Below are positions 38,161-38,504 of a stretch of DNA of 38,504 bases, one piece after another (the first letter of the stretch is position 1; each line of letters begins with the position of its first letter). The stretch is taken from assembly GCA_051748065.1 (NCBI GenBank), contig JBNJGZ010000003.1:1-38504 (forward strand), read 5' to 3'. Position numbers and translations under genes: made by a program. The notes under the pieces were generated by a model, which did no database searches, was not told where the DNA came from, and saw only the letters and a list, made by a program, of their open reading frames with translations. Source of the stretch: Bacteroidota bacterium. Lineage in GTDB: Bacteria; Bacteroidota; Bacteroidia; Bacteroidales; PWNQ01.

Positions 38161-38380
38161 ATTTTATTCAACAAAGTTAATACTAGTTTTTATTTTACGG
38201 AAAGATAAACGAAATTTTCCTTTTCTCTGCTGCTGTCGTATCTTTGTAGCCTCAATAAAACGATAATAGGGATATTTGAAATTCTGATTAAGCAAATTGC
38301 AACTCAAATGAAGCATATAATGTTGCGCCCAATCCGAAAATTTAAATGCCCCAAAAAAATGATAAAACTTTGGATACTGT

Positions 38381-38430
38381 ATCAATCTACATCAATCTGC
38401 ATCAGTCTACATCAATCTTAAATCAATCTA
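38381..38430. repeat. Five tandem copies of a 10-bp unit (consensus ATCAATCTAC)
   Basis: The copies read ATCAATCTAC, ATCAATCTGC, ATCAGTCTAC, ATCAATCTTA and AATCAATCTA. They lie in the mutS / downstream-gene divergent intergenic region and end 17 nt before the ATG at 38447. Confidence 0.85.
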
Positions 38431-38446
38431 AAAAAAGCACAATCAA

Positions 38447-38504
38447 ATGAAGAAATTAAGTTTGGATGAGTTGAATCGCATCAATATCGATCAGTTTAAA
38501 GAAG
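38447..38504 (+). CDS. 5' end (19 codons) of a gene running off the window, possibly a TrmH/SpoU-family RNA methyltransferase
   Basis: The ATG at 38447 gives MKKLSLDELNRINIDQFKE. This resembles the N-termini I remember for Bacteroidota TrmH-family methyltransferases (..L.NEELNR.S..EFK.), but 19 aa is too little to be sure. Confidence 0.35.
   Translation, partial: MKKLSLDELNRINIDQFKE

Noticed and set aside
38164-38385. A 73-aa minus-strand ORF immediately upstream of mutS.
   Set aside because: It would end 3 nt before the mutS start and occupy what must be the mutS promoter region. Its composition is low-complexity and basic and no motif is present. It may be worth a Ribo-seq check, but it is not supported from sequence.
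38381-38430. The possibility that the tandem repeat is a CRISPR array.
   Set aside because: The units are 10 bp and contiguous with no spacers, and there are no cas genes in the window.

Overview
This is a Bacteroidota-type chromosomal window. The supporting signs are TAnnTTTG-type -7 boxes, no Shine-Dalgarno leaders, a GldB-like gene, and a dcw cluster without murF or ddl. Most of it is core housekeeping. In order it contains: a partial gldB-like gene; a tightly coupled minus-strand operon (PlsC-type acyltransferase, OlsB/GlsB-like N-acyltransferase, engB); a complete 13-gene dcw cluster (mraZ-rsmH-ftsL-ftsI-murE-mraY-murD-ftsW-murG-murC-ftsQ-ftsA-ftsZ) followed by a yqeY-like gene; then secA, a DUF2795 gene, a PduO-type adenosyltransferase, an orphan LolD/MacB-type ABC ATPase, a SAM methyltransferase and a small outer-membrane beta-barrel. 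After these come an SPFH - Arc/RHH - unknown 211-aa operon, a low-GC two-gene islet (lipoprotein plus beta-barrel), an M16 zinc peptidase, an AbgT-family transporter, tRNA-Leu(UAA), tRNA-Gly(GCC), mutS, and the first 19 codons of a gene that may be TrmH-like. I found no CRISPR array, rRNA, integrase, transposase or recognisable defence gene, and I cannot point to a clear-cut novel multi-gene system. The best candidates for something undescribed are: (1) the SPFH-RHH-unknown cassette with an AATGAT repeat array in its promoter, 26.4-28.3 kb; (2) a ~350-bp GC-richer non-coding segment bracketed by 22-bp direct repeats between yqeY and secA; (3) the low-GC islet at 28.3-30.1 kb, whose two genes share a promoter 21-mer; (4) a helically phased decamer array in the mutS/TrmH-like divergent promoter; (5) an orphan copy of the tRNA-Leu 5' end fused to a perfect 18-nt palindrome. 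All product calls come from motifs read by eye in the supplied translations and from remembered family features. No database search was possible.
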